Position numbers and translations under genes: made by a program | Notes under the pieces: generated by a model | Database searches by the model: none | What the model saw: the letters and a program-made list of their open reading frames with translations, nothing else | Told to the model about the DNA's origin: nothing | Part shown: positions 8,446 to 17,568 of the stretch, in pieces | Numbering within the stretch: position 1 is the stretch's first letter | Layout: the number at the start of each line of letters is the position of its first letter | DNA from: a virus | Taxonomy: Duplodnaviria > Caudoviricetes | IMG/VR virus record: IMGVR_UViG_3300027833_000049 | Span: 1-62,157 of that record | Reading direction: 5' to 3' (one strand) | Length of the DNA: 62,157 nt

Positions 8446-9929
8446 TGATTAGAGTAATAAAAAAAGACGAAGCATATTTACGAGTAGAAACAGACCCTAG
8501 TACATCTCAAGAAATCTGTGATTTTTTTACATTTGAAGTTCCTGGTGCTAAGTTTATGCCTAGCTATCGGGCTAGAGTGTGGGACGGAAAAGCTAGATTG
8601 TTTAACATGTATCGCCAAGAACTATATGTAGGCTTGTTGCCATATTTACAAGAGTTTGCAGATACATTAGAATATACGGTTGAAGTTGATATTGCTAAAA
8701 TAGGTGACCCGGTATCGTCACAGTATGTTGAAGCGTTTGCTAAAAAACTAAATCTACAAAGCGCAGGCAAAGATATTGAAATACGAGATTACCAAGTAGA
8801 AGCTGTTAAGCATTCTATCAACAAAGGCAGAGCGTTACTTCTATCACCTACTGCTTCAGGCAAATCTCTCATCATATACAATCTTGTTAGATATCACCAA
8901 CATCTTGGAAGAGAGCAGCTCCTCATCGTACCTACTACCTCTCTAGTTGAACAGATGTACGGAGATTTTAAAGACTACTCAACTGCAAATGATTGGGACG
9001 TGGCTGAAAACTGCCATAGAATATATGGCGGCAAAGATAAAACAATAGAACTGCCAGTAACTATTTCTACTTGGCAATCTATTTACAAATATCCTAAATC
9101 TTGGTTTGATAGATTTGATGTTGTCTACGGTGATGAAGCTCACAACTTTAAAGCTAAGTCTCTTACTTCCATATTAGATAAATGTACTGATGCAGCTTAT
9201 CGTATTGGAACAACAGGCACACTTGATGGCGCCAAAACCCACAAGCTAGTGTTAGAAGGTATCTTTGGTTCAGTCAAAAAAGTTATTACTACTAAGAAGT
9301 TAATGGATGATAATGCAGTTGCCAGCCTTGATATAACTTGTTTAGTATTAGAATATTCTGATGTTGAGCGTAAGCTAGTTAAAGGTATGACGTATCAAGA
9401 AGAAATGGATTGGATTGTAAGTCATCCTGTTAGAAATACTTTTCTAAAAAACTTATGTACTACACAAACAGGTAACACCTTAGTATTGTTTCAATATGTT
9501 GAGAAGCATGGGAGAGTGTTATATGACCTTATAAATAATAAGGTAGGCGATACTAGAAGTGTGTTTTTTGTGTATGGTGGAACTGCTACTGAACAACGTG
9601 AAGAAATACGAGCGTTAACAGAAACAAAAGATGATGCAATTATAGTTGCCTCATACGGAACTTTCTCTACTGGTATTAACATTAGGAATCTTCACAATAT
9701 AGTATTTGCGAGTCCTAGTAAATCTAGAATAAGAAATCTACAATCCATTGGTAGAGGACTTAGAAAAGGTGATAACAAAACAAGTTGCAATCTCTTTGAT
9801 GTAGGTGATGATATATCCTGGAAGTCAAAGAAAAACTATACACTCGGTCATATGGTTGAACGAGTAAAAATATATAATGAAGAAGGGTTTAAATATAAAC
9901 TCGTTAAGGTACCCATTAATGTCTCATAA
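8445..9929 (+). CDS. uvsW: SF2 DNA helicase UvsW (probable GTG start at 8445)
   Basis: RDYQ, SPTASGKS, DEAH, GTTGT and LQSIGRGLR motifs. Confidence 0.95.
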   Translation: MIRVIKKDEAYLRVETDPSTSQEICDFFTFEVPGAKFMPSYRARVWDGKARLFNMYRQELYVGLLPYLQEFADTLEYTVEVDIAKIGDPVSSQYVEAFAKKLNLQSAGKDIEIRDYQVEAVKHSINKGRALLLSPTASGKSLIIYNLVRYHQHLGREQLLIVPTTSLVEQMYGDFKDYSTANDWDVAENCHRIYGGKDKTIELPVTISTWQSIYKYPKSWFDRFDVVYGDEAHNFKAKSLTSILDKCTDAAYRIGTTGTLDGAKTHKLVLEGIFGSVKKVITTKKLMDDNAVASLDITCLVLEYSDVERKLVKGMTYQEEMDWIVSHPVRNTFLKNLCTTQTGNTLVLFQYVEKHGRVLYDLINNKVGDTRSVFFVYGGTATEQREEIRALTETKDDAIIVASYGTFSTGINIRNLHNIVFASPSKSRIRNLQSIGRGLRKGDNKTSCNLFDVGDDISWKSKKNYTLGHMVERVKIYNEEGFKYKLVKVPINVS

Positions 9930-10356
9930 CTATAAAATTGTAAACCTAATAAATGGTCTTAATATCGTAGGTGATTTAGAATACACCGCAGAAGAAGTTG
10001 TAGTTAAGTACCCGTTAGAGATTGCTGCTAAACCTATCAATAATGAAGCAGGTGTTTTAATAGGAGAACATATGGTTCTTCGACCTTATCTTGTAATGAC
10101 CGATGATGTTGAAGTTAATATTCATCAAATCTCTGTTGTTGCCATTTCTTCTTTGAGCGAAAAGCTTTGGGGGTCTTATGAGGATATGGTTGAAAACGTC
10201 TATCTAAAAGAGATTTCTTTTGATGGTAATTTTATTAAAGAAGATGCTAACGAATTGCCAGAAGACATTACAAACATGGATGATGAAGAACTTGATTACC
10301 TACAAGAACAACTAGACTTAATTGCTAATGGTAATAAAGATAAAACCTATCATTAA
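9919..10356 (+). CDS. Hypothetical protein (Sm-like N-terminus, acidic tail)
   Basis: Coupled to the end of uvsW; usual position before gp55 in marine T4-like phages. Confidence 0.65.
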   Translation: MSHNYKIVNLINGLNIVGDLEYTAEEVVVKYPLEIAAKPINNEAGVLIGEHMVLRPYLVMTDDVEVNIHQISVVAISSLSEKLWGSYEDMVENVYLKEISFDGNFIKEDANELPEDITNMDDEELDYLQEQLDLIANGNKDKTYH

Positions 10357-10382
10357 GGTATCCCTTTCTTTCTAACAGAATC

Positions 10383-10411
10383 ATTATAACAAGGTGTTCG
10401 GTTAGTGTCAA
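10383..10411 (-). promoter_or_regulatory. Antisense sigma70-type promoter
   Basis: Minus strand reads GCTTGACA-17 nt-TATAAT with a TGn extension. Confidence 0.7.
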
Positions 10412-10444
10412 GCATTACTTAACATTATTATCAATTAATTTAGC

Positions 10445-10473
10445 TTGACAAAGGATGGTTTTTTTAGTATTAT
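10445..10473 (+). promoter_or_regulatory. Sigma70-type promoter for gp55
   Basis: TTGACA-17-TATTAT. Confidence 0.7.
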
Positions 10474-10501
10474 TATATTATGATTTCAATTGGAGACTAA
10501 T

Positions 10502-11062
10502 ATGTCAAAAGAAAAGAACGCCCACTATGTAGACAATAAAAAGTTCTATGCAGAAATAACAGTGTGGAAACAACAGTGGGATGAGTCAGTAGCTAAAGGC
10601 GAACCTACACCTCAATGCACACACTATCTCGGTGAATGTTTTGTTAAGATTTCAAATCATCTCGCATATAAATCAAACTTTGTAAACTATACTTTCAGAG
10701 ATGAAATGATTCTAGACGGCATTGAAAACTGTTTGCGCTATGCTGATAGGTTCAACCCAGAGAAATCTAAAAATCCGTTTGCATACTTCACACAGATTAC
10801 TTACTATTCTTTTATTCGCCGAATTAAGAAAGAGGCAAGACAAACCGAAACGGCTATGAATTACTTACAGAGTATTGACTTGCAGCAATTGCTAGACGAA
10901 GTTGAAGGTGATTCCGGTAGCTATGAATATCTCAAGTGGGTTCAAACTCAAGTAGATTTGAATGCCAAAGAAAAACAAAGCCTAAACTCTATTTCGGATA
11001 AAAAAACTGTAAAAAGAAGACCCAAGTATTTTGATAAAAAAGAAGAAGAGCTTGACATATAA
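10502..11062 (+). CDS. gp55: Late transcription sigma factor gp55
   Basis: HYVDNKKF, NFVNYTFRDEMILDGIENC and NPFAYFTQI motifs. Confidence 0.95.
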   Translation: MSKEKNAHYVDNKKFYAEITVWKQQWDESVAKGEPTPQCTHYLGECFVKISNHLAYKSNFVNYTFRDEMILDGIENCLRYADRFNPEKSKNPFAYFTQITYYSFIRRIKKEARQTETAMNYLQSIDLQQLLDEVEGDSGSYEYLKWVQTQVDLNAKEKQSLNSISDKKTVKRRPKYFDKKEEELDI

Positions 11063-11080
11063 TAATAGTTGTAGTATACT
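11052..11080 (+). promoter_or_regulatory. Sigma70-type promoter for the queE cluster
   Basis: TTGACA-17-TATACT. Confidence 0.75.
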
Positions 11081-11109
11081 GTATTTAAAACTAACAGGAC
11101 TATTATATA

Positions 11110-11997
11110 ATGAAAGTACGTTACTCCGAGATATTTTATAGTTTTCAAGGCGAAGCTGAACTTGCCGGAACACCGACAACTTGGCTTCGATTCTTCGGCT
11201 GTAATTTAGAATGTAATGGATTTGGTCAAGACAACCCTGCCGATACAACGACACACGAACTTCCGTATAAAGACTTTGACACTAGCAATATAATTGCCGT
11301 TGAACAATTGCCAGTGTGGGAATTCGGATGTGATTCCTCATACTCTTGGTCTATGAAGTACAAACACTTAGCTCAAGATGCTACCCCCGAAGTTGCTGCT
11401 GATAAGCTAGAAGCATTGCTTCCTCATGGAAAGTTTACTCATCCTGAGACTGGTCAAGAAAACATGCTTGCTTTTACAGGCGGCGAGCCAATGTTACAAC
11501 AAAAGCAAATGAAAGCTATTGTAAATGAGTTCTTAATCAGAGGCAACCCTCCGAAGATTATCACTGTTGAAACTAATGGCACTAAAAAACTCAGTGCAGA
11601 CTTAAAAAACTTTATCAATGATTATCTATCTGAGATGGGCATTCGTTGGCATTGGGCTATTAGTCCCAAAATACTACACACTTCAGGTGAAACTGGTGCG
11701 GTTGATGTAGACATGTTTATGTCGTACATTGACGGCGTGTACGGTACCGGGTGTCTCAAGTTTGTATGCAATGGTTCTGATGCTTCATGGGCAGAAATAG
11801 AACGATATGTCAAAGAAGTTATTGTTTATTGCAACGGAGCAGAGATAACTGTTCCTGATATATGGATCATGCCCGTAGGGGCAACAAAAGAAGAACAGGA
11901 AACTGTTGCTGACATTGTAAACGAATCTATGAGACGAGGATATAAAGTAGCAACTCGTAATCACGCATATGTGTATGGCAATCAGATAGGAACTTAA
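11110..11997 (+). CDS. queE: 7-carboxy-7-deazaguanine synthase QueE (radical SAM)
   Basis: EIFYSFQGE; RFFGCNLEC...CDS (Cys motif with an insertion); FTGGEPML, VETNG and ISPK motifs. Confidence 0.9.
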   Translation: MKVRYSEIFYSFQGEAELAGTPTTWLRFFGCNLECNGFGQDNPADTTTHELPYKDFDTSNIIAVEQLPVWEFGCDSSYSWSMKYKHLAQDATPEVAADKLEALLPHGKFTHPETGQENMLAFTGGEPMLQQKQMKAIVNEFLIRGNPPKIITVETNGTKKLSADLKNFINDYLSEMGIRWHWAISPKILHTSGETGAVDVDMFMSYIDGVYGTGCLKFVCNGSDASWAEIERYVKEVIVYCNGAEITVPDIWIMPVGATKEEQETVADIVNESMRRGYKVATRNHAYVYGNQIGT

Positions 11998-11999
11998 TT

Positions 12000-12422
12000 A
12001 TGCAGTTTAAAGATGACAAACTATTTGTAGATTGGACTGACATTGATGCCTTCTGTTTAGAGATGGCACACGAAGGAAGTCGGTTGGGCATTGATAAAGT
12101 TGTCGGTGTTTCTCGTGGCGGGCTAATACCTGGTGTTATTATTTCACATTTGATGGGAGTGCCTTTTGATTCAATCACTTGGCAAACTCGTGACGGCGAT
12201 AATCGAGATACTAAAAAAGTTCTAAATTTTAATAATCCTAAATATATGATAGTAGATGACATGGTTGACAGTGGCAAGACTATGATAGACTTGATGTGTC
12301 TTGCTCCTGACGCAGTTAAAGCGGTTATCTTTAATAAAAAAGAAGATGTATTACTTGACATTGTAGGTCAAGAGTTATATAATGTAAGCGAATGGGTAGT
12401 CTTTCCTTGGGAAAATAATTAA
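12000..12422 (+). CDS. Type I phosphoribosyltransferase (Gpt-like)
   Basis: GVSRGGLIP, PRPP loop IVDDMVDSGKT, and WVVFPWE. Confidence 0.9.
   Translation: MQFKDDKLFVDWTDIDAFCLEMAHEGSRLGIDKVVGVSRGGLIPGVIISHLMGVPFDSITWQTRDGDNRDTKKVLNFNNPKYMIVDDMVDSGKTMIDLMCLAPDAVKAVIFNKKEDVLLDIVGQELYNVSEWVVFPWENN
12355..12383 (+). promoter_or_regulatory. Internal consensus sigma70 promoter within the PRTase CDS
   Basis: Exact TTGACA-17-TATAAT. Confidence 0.7.
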
Positions 12423-12431
12423 CAGGATAAT

Positions 12432-12626
12432 ATGATGAGAACTAGCACTGTAAGACAAATTCCGTATGTTGGTTCTGGATCTTCAGGCCCAGATACGATT
12501 TATGTGGTAGACTTCTATGAAAATAGCATTAAGGTTGAAACCAGAGAATTCGTGAACAAAAGTGTACATTATGCAGAATCTGCTGCAAGAAATTGGGACG
12601 CAGGGATAATTAAAAATGATAAGTAA
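12432..12626 (+). CDS. Hypothetical protein
   Basis: 64-aa ORF with an AGGA SD; KSVHYAESAARNW motif. Confidence 0.6.
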   Translation: MMRTSTVRQIPYVGSGSSGPDTIYVVDFYENSIKVETREFVNKSVHYAESAARNWDAGIIKNDK

Positions 12627-13290
12627 ACAGATTAAAACTAGATTACAACGAGCAGGTAAGCGTTTTCATGCCGCAGATAATATTTCTGAGTTTATGCATG
12701 AGGGAGACCATGAAGAATTAATTGAAGAGCTTACTGACAAATTTCAAGGTGTGTTAGAGAGCCTAGTTATAGATGTTGATAACGATCCGAATAGCATAGA
12801 CACTAGCCGAAGGTTAGCTAAAATGTATATAAACGAGATAATGTCTGGTCGTTATAACGATATGCCTAAAGTAACTTCATTTCCTAATGAAGGCCAATAT
12901 GATCAGTTGATAATAGTTCGGTCAGATATCAAGTCAATGTGTTCACATCATCATCAGCCAGTTACTGGTATCTGTTACATAGCTTGTTTGCCCGGAGATA
13001 ACGTTATTGGTCTTTCTAAGTACACTAGGATAGCACAACATTTAGCTCAACGAGGACAGCTTCAGGAAGAGTTGACTGAAATGATTGCAACCGAAATAGA
13101 GATGCTTACACAGGCTCCGGCTGTTGGTGTTTATATTCGTGCCCGTCACGGTTGTTGTGAGAATAGAGGAATTCGTTCTTCAAATAGTTCAACACAAACT
13201 ACTGTACTGAAGGGTGCTTTGAAAACAGACGCTGCGTTACGAAATGAATTTATGCACAATATTCAAATTCAGGAACATCTATGCGGATAA
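12616..13290 (+). CDS. folE: GTP cyclohydrolase I FolE
   Basis: SMCSHHHQP, IGLSKYTR, QLQEELT and HGCCENRG motifs. Confidence 0.95.
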   Translation: MISKQIKTRLQRAGKRFHAADNISEFMHEGDHEELIEELTDKFQGVLESLVIDVDNDPNSIDTSRRLAKMYINEIMSGRYNDMPKVTSFPNEGQYDQLIIVRSDIKSMCSHHHQPVTGICYIACLPGDNVIGLSKYTRIAQHLAQRGQLQEELTEMIATEIEMLTQAPAVGVYIRARHGCCENRGIRSSNSSTQTTVLKGALKTDAALRNEFMHNIQIQEHLCG

Positions 13291-13823
13291 AACAAACTGA
13301 TAGACAGGTCGTTGTAGATCTAGAGACACTAAGTACTCGCCCAAATGCTTGCATTGTTTCTATAGGTGCGGTTGCATTTAATCTACAAGACGGTATACTA
13401 GATGAGTTCTTTATAAATGTTGACGCAAGCAATTCCCGTAAACATGGTTTGCATATAGACCTAAATACAATTGAATGGTGGAAACAACAATCTAAAGAAG
13501 CACAAGAAGCATGGCAGCAAGACCCTCAGCCTCTTGATTATGCACTGGAGAAGTTTGCTGAGTTTTATCAAACAGGAAATCCCATATGGGGAAATGGTTC
13601 TAGCTTTGATATTACAATTCTAGAATCTGCATACTATGCTGTCGGTTGGGACAAGGACAAAGTGTATGGAAAACACTTACCTTGGAAGTTCTGGGATATA
13701 TATGACATGCGTACATTGACTAGCATATTAGGCAAGAAACTTGAAAAAACAGGTGTAGACCACAATGCACTTGACGATGCGATGGCAGAAGCAAAATTAT
13801 TAATTGAGATGTTAAAATCGTGA
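13281..13823 (+). CDS. DEDDh 3'-5' exonuclease (DexA/Rv2179c-like)
   Basis: VDLETL, WGNGSSFDITIL and HNALDDA motifs. Confidence 0.85.
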   Translation: MRIKQTDRQVVVDLETLSTRPNACIVSIGAVAFNLQDGILDEFFINVDASNSRKHGLHIDLNTIEWWKQQSKEAQEAWQQDPQPLDYALEKFAEFYQTGNPIWGNGSSFDITILESAYYAVGWDKDKVYGKHLPWKFWDIYDMRTLTSILGKKLEKTGVDHNALDDAMAEAKLLIEMLKS

Positions 13824-15178
13824 AATTAGAATACGTTGCATCAGGCACATCATTTATGCAGCTTGCCAAACTTAAAGAACATCCAGAAGCGGCTGCTGTA
13901 GTTAACAACATGTTCGCTGACATCTTTGGTGATCAACCAGGACACACATTTTCAATATTGTATAATGCTTGGGCAGAAAGTTCTTATGGTGAAAAGCTGA
14001 GTGTACTGAAGCCATCTATTCATAACTTACACGCAGACTCAGGTGGGTTACAGATGGTCACACTCGCCCACAAATTGCCTAAAGGCACTAATATGAATAC
14101 CCTCAGAGAAGAGGTATATCATAATCAAGCCGAGTGGGCTGACGTTGGCATGTGCTTTGATGAGATTCCTGTAGTCACTACCGGGGCATCAGATAGAAAC
14201 GATACTAGCAACAGGTACTTTGACAGGGAGAATCGTCACAAGTATGCACAACAAACTGCTGACAACGTAGCTCGTCAAATTGAAGTCTTCAAAGAAAATA
14301 ATAGTTCGTGTAAGCCTTTTATGATTTGTCAAGGCGGCGACTTAGAAACATATCTCGAATGGATTGATACTATCTTAAAAACTGTGCCTGAGGGAGATCA
14401 TCATCGCATAGGCGGAGTAGCAATGGGGGGCGCTGCATTAGGCACAGGCCCTCTAGAAGATATCCAAAAAGCTTTCTTTGCTAGTCAAGTTCCTGTTAGA
14501 GATGAGAATGGCAAACTACATCTTCATGTATTAGGCGTAGGATCTATTACCCGAATGATACCTTATCTTATCTTTTTACAGAATGGATCATATGGAAATG
14601 TTCACATGTCGTATGACTCTACTACACACTCTAGAGGGGTAGAAACAGGTATGTATTATATCAGAGGAGAGATTAGAAACGGAGAACACATTCCAGGTCC
14701 TGGTAGAACAATGAATTTCACTAGAGCCAAGAGTGCAGACTCTGTAGTGGTAGGAGAACCGGGTGAATCTTGTCCTGACTTACAATATGATATTTTAATG
14801 GATGACATAAATCGTGTATACAATCTTGGCATGACAAAAGAAAGGTTTCACGAGTGTCTAAACGTTCCTACAGTTCCTTATATGGAAAAATATGGAGAAC
14901 TCAGTACTTGGTATACTGCAAGAAACGCATTGTGCTGTGTATCTATTAAAAACTTTATGGATGAACTTGAAGAACTTATAAACGATAAAGATAAGTTATT
15001 ACAATTAGCCAACAAAAGATACCCTGGAATTTCAGGTCAACAATTATTTGACGTTAAAGATATAGATTCTTTTAATGCTTGGATGGATCGTTGGGGTGGT
15101 ATCTTTAAGGAAAAGAAAAAATCTAAAAGTATTTCACACACTAAGCCAGTAGAAGAAATACAACTAGATTTTACATGA
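13820..15178 (+). CDS. dpdA: TGT-fold guanine transglycosylase (DpdA-like)
   Basis: DSGGLQ, FDEIP, ICQG, GVAMGG, HLHVLGVG and SYDSTT motifs; lies within the queE/folE/queD cluster. Confidence 0.8.
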   Translation: MKLEYVASGTSFMQLAKLKEHPEAAAVVNNMFADIFGDQPGHTFSILYNAWAESSYGEKLSVLKPSIHNLHADSGGLQMVTLAHKLPKGTNMNTLREEVYHNQAEWADVGMCFDEIPVVTTGASDRNDTSNRYFDRENRHKYAQQTADNVARQIEVFKENNSSCKPFMICQGGDLETYLEWIDTILKTVPEGDHHRIGGVAMGGAALGTGPLEDIQKAFFASQVPVRDENGKLHLHVLGVGSITRMIPYLIFLQNGSYGNVHMSYDSTTHSRGVETGMYYIRGEIRNGEHIPGPGRTMNFTRAKSADSVVVGEPGESCPDLQYDILMDDINRVYNLGMTKERFHECLNVPTVPYMEKYGELSTWYTARNALCCVSIKNFMDELEELINDKDKLLQLANKRYPGISGQQLFDVKDIDSFNAWMDRWGGIFKEKKKSKSISHTKPVEEIQLDFT

Positions 15179-15209
15179 GCAGTTATTATTTAACTTAGGA
15201 GTATATATT

Positions 15210-15440
15210 ATGGATCAACAGAAAGTACGCAATGCAATTGAAGAGATGTCAAACTCAATGACTCGAATGGACGCAGAGCGTGATCTAATTAAAGAGATTG
15301 TAGAAAAAATCCACGAGGAAGAATTCTTAGACAAGCGAGTGATCCGGAAAATGGCTCGGGTATATCACAAGCAAAACTTTGCGGAAGAGTCTACCATCAA
15401 CGAAGAGTTCGAGACTCATTTCAAAAATATTATGAGTTAG
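15210..15440 (+). CDS. Small dsDNA-binding protein (T4 DsbA-like)
   Basis: SMTRMDAERDLIKEI...IRKMARVYHKQNF pattern. Confidence 0.65.
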   Translation: MDQQKVRNAIEEMSNSMTRMDAERDLIKEIVEKIHEEEFLDKRVIRKMARVYHKQNFAEESTINEEFETHFKNIMS

Positions 15441-15443
15441 ATA

Positions 15444-15472
15444 TTGACAAAGCAAAAATATTCTGTTATTAT
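15444..15472 (+). promoter_or_regulatory. Sigma70-type promoter
   Basis: TTGACA-17-TATTAT with TGn. Confidence 0.65.
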
Positions 15473-15496
15473 ATACAGACACTAGAGGAATATCTT

Positions 15497-16042
15497 ATGA
15501 ATGTTTTTGCTTTGCACACAGACCCAGTAATCGCTGCTCAAATGCATGCCGATAAACATGTGGTAAAAATGATTATAGAGTATGCACAACTAATGTCCAC
15601 AGCACATCGTGTGCTAGACGGCTCGCTGTATCAAGACAAAACCTCTAACGGAAGAAGCATCAAGCGTTGGTCATTACCGAATGGGGTGTTAGAGAGCGTG
15701 GTGTATAAAGCATCGCATGTCAATCACCCTTCTGGTATTTGGTGCCGAAAAACATCTGAAAATTACCAGTACCTATATACTATGTGGAAAGAATTATGTG
15801 CAGAGTATACACATCGGTATGGTAAAATTCACTTGACACAGCAGAAGCTAGAGAGTATACTATCTGTTACTCCTGTTAATATTCCACACGGAGAATTGAC
15901 AGAATTACCACAAGCAATGCCAGACGATGCAAAACTTCCTAATGTTGTAGAGGCTTATCGTAATTACTACAGAGTCTACAAGCGAGGTTTCGCTAGGTGG
16001 ACTAAACGACAAACACCGGAGTGGTTCAATGCCAGTGACTAA
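15497..16042 (+). CDS. Pyrimidine-dimer DNA glycosylase (DenV)-family protein
   Basis: MNVF...DKHVVKMIIEYAQLMSTAH, HVNHPSGIW, EYTHRYGKIH and PQAMPD...AYRNYY motifs. Confidence 0.75.
   Translation: MNVFALHTDPVIAAQMHADKHVVKMIIEYAQLMSTAHRVLDGSLYQDKTSNGRSIKRWSLPNGVLESVVYKASHVNHPSGIWCRKTSENYQYLYTMWKELCAEYTHRYGKIHLTQQKLESILSVTPVNIPHGELTELPQAMPDDAKLPNVVEAYRNYYRVYKRGFARWTKRQTPEWFNASD
15833..15861 (+). promoter_or_regulatory. Internal sigma70 promoter within the DenV-like CDS
   Basis: TTGACA-17-TATACT, upstream of the dpdL-like and glycosyltransferase genes. Confidence 0.55.
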
Positions 16043-16382
16043 TAGAAATATTCGTGTTAGCTTTCAGAAAGAAGGCATACACAAATATCCAGCAGCTAAA
16101 GATTTGAAGGGGGTAGAGTTTTTACAATACCCTCATCGCCACATCTTTCATTTCTATGTAACATTAGAAGTTAATCATAACGACCGAGATGTGGAATTCA
16201 TTTTGTTCAAGCGTGAGCTAGAGTCTCTGTTTGAATCAGGTGCAATGCAAGCTGACTACATGTCATGCGAAATGATGGCAGAAGAACTTTTAGGATACAT
16301 TGAAGAAACATATCCTAATAGAACAGTGCAAGTTGAAGTTTATGAAGATGACGAAAACGGAGCAATATTAAATAATGCGTAA
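16029..16382 (+). CDS. QueD-like T-fold protein, DpdL-like (putative CDG decarboxylase)
   Basis: LQYPHRHIF fits the LxxxHRHxF pattern; also HNDRDVEF, SCEMMAE and VYEDDENGA motifs. Confidence 0.65.
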   Translation: MPVTNRNIRVSFQKEGIHKYPAAKDLKGVEFLQYPHRHIFHFYVTLEVNHNDRDVEFILFKRELESLFESGAMQADYMSCEMMAEELLGYIEETYPNRTVQVEVYEDDENGAILNNA

Positions 16383-17568
16383 ATTATTTTACATGGGATT
16401 AGAAAGTTACGAAGCACGATACACTCTTCAACTGCAAGAATGGAACGAGCGTGTATTTAAACTTCGTGGTGTTGATTATGAAGTTATCCGAGGGCAAGAG
16501 CTAGACAATAGCCAAGCTATTGTAACTGGTAGTGTACTTGATGCTCATGGTAGAACATACTATAGCATGTCACAGCACATGTCGTTAATTCAGAAAATGA
16601 AAAATGGTGAAGTAACTAGTGATGATGTAATCTTTTATGAAGATATGTTTACTCCTGGGTTAGAATGTTTACCTTATATCATGCAACAAAGTCCTGCAGA
16701 ATATCGTCCTAAAGTATTTCTTCGTTTCTTAGCACAGTCTGTAGATCCAGATGATTTTATAGTTCGTGAAGGTATGTTTGACTGGATGCGTAAGTACGAA
16801 GAAATGGTAGATCAATTTGTTGATGGTATCATGGTAGCATCAGAAGAATTCGTAGCACATCTTCGTATTGCAGGTATCAAATGTCCGATCTATGTCACAG
16901 GTCTGCCTTTTGGCAAATCAGAAGTCCAAGAACGAGTTTCTAATCAGATACCCATAGTTGATAGGACGAATCGTGTAGCATACTCTTCTAGGTGGGATGA
17001 TGAAAAACAGCCTCACTTCTATATGGATCTAGCAGAAGAATACTACAAGGTTGATCCTACAATGGAGTTTTCTATATTTTGTGGGCACCCTGAACTAAAA
17101 AGTAATAAACAGGAATATGTAGATAGAGCAATGTTTTTGCAAGATAGCAACACTGCTAATTTTAAAGTATACACTGGACTAAAGAAAAACGATTACTATA
17201 GTTTGCTTGCTGATAGTAAAATACTATTCAATTGTGCGTTACAGGATTGGGTTAGTAATACAGTGAGCGAAGCTGATACTATGGGCTGCTTGACACTATT
17301 TCCAGCATACAGAAGTTTTCCAGAAGTATTTGCTAACAATGGCAATCACATGTATATTCCTTGGTCTATCGAGGATGCGTTAGAAAAGTTAGGAAGAATG
17401 GTATTAAGCATTGACAACTTAGACACATCTATGTATAATATAGGCAAGATTAGTGATTATCAGAATGGAACTATTGACAGGACATTAGATAGTATACTGA
17501 CTGAAGATGCAAACCTTAGAGATCGTACATCATTTCGTAAATATGTAGCAAAGGCAAAGTATGAATAA
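16375..17568 (+). CDS. GT-B fold glycosyltransferase
   Basis: SSRWDDEKQP and FNCALQDWVSNTVSEA...PAYRSFPEV resemble the GT-B nucleotide-sugar binding region; adjacent to galE. Confidence 0.7.
   Translation: MRKLFYMGLESYEARYTLQLQEWNERVFKLRGVDYEVIRGQELDNSQAIVTGSVLDAHGRTYYSMSQHMSLIQKMKNGEVTSDDVIFYEDMFTPGLECLPYIMQQSPAEYRPKVFLRFLAQSVDPDDFIVREGMFDWMRKYEEMVDQFVDGIMVASEEFVAHLRIAGIKCPIYVTGLPFGKSEVQERVSNQIPIVDRTNRVAYSSRWDDEKQPHFYMDLAEEYYKVDPTMEFSIFCGHPELKSNKQEYVDRAMFLQDSNTANFKVYTGLKKNDYYSLLADSKILFNCALQDWVSNTVSEADTMGCLTLFPAYRSFPEVFANNGNHMYIPWSIEDALEKLGRMVLSIDNLDTSMYNIGKISDYQNGTIDRTLDSILTEDANLRDRTSFRKYVAKAKYE
17411..17439 (+). promoter_or_regulatory. Internal consensus sigma70 promoter within the glycosyltransferase CDS
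   Basis: Exact TTGACA-17-TATAAT upstream of galE-queD. Confidence 0.7.

Noticed and set aside
9530-9537. TATAAATA inside uvsW (also at 29389 in gp45 and 53179 in gp61)
   Set aside because: Intragenic in AT-rich DNA and could be chance; not called without transcript data.
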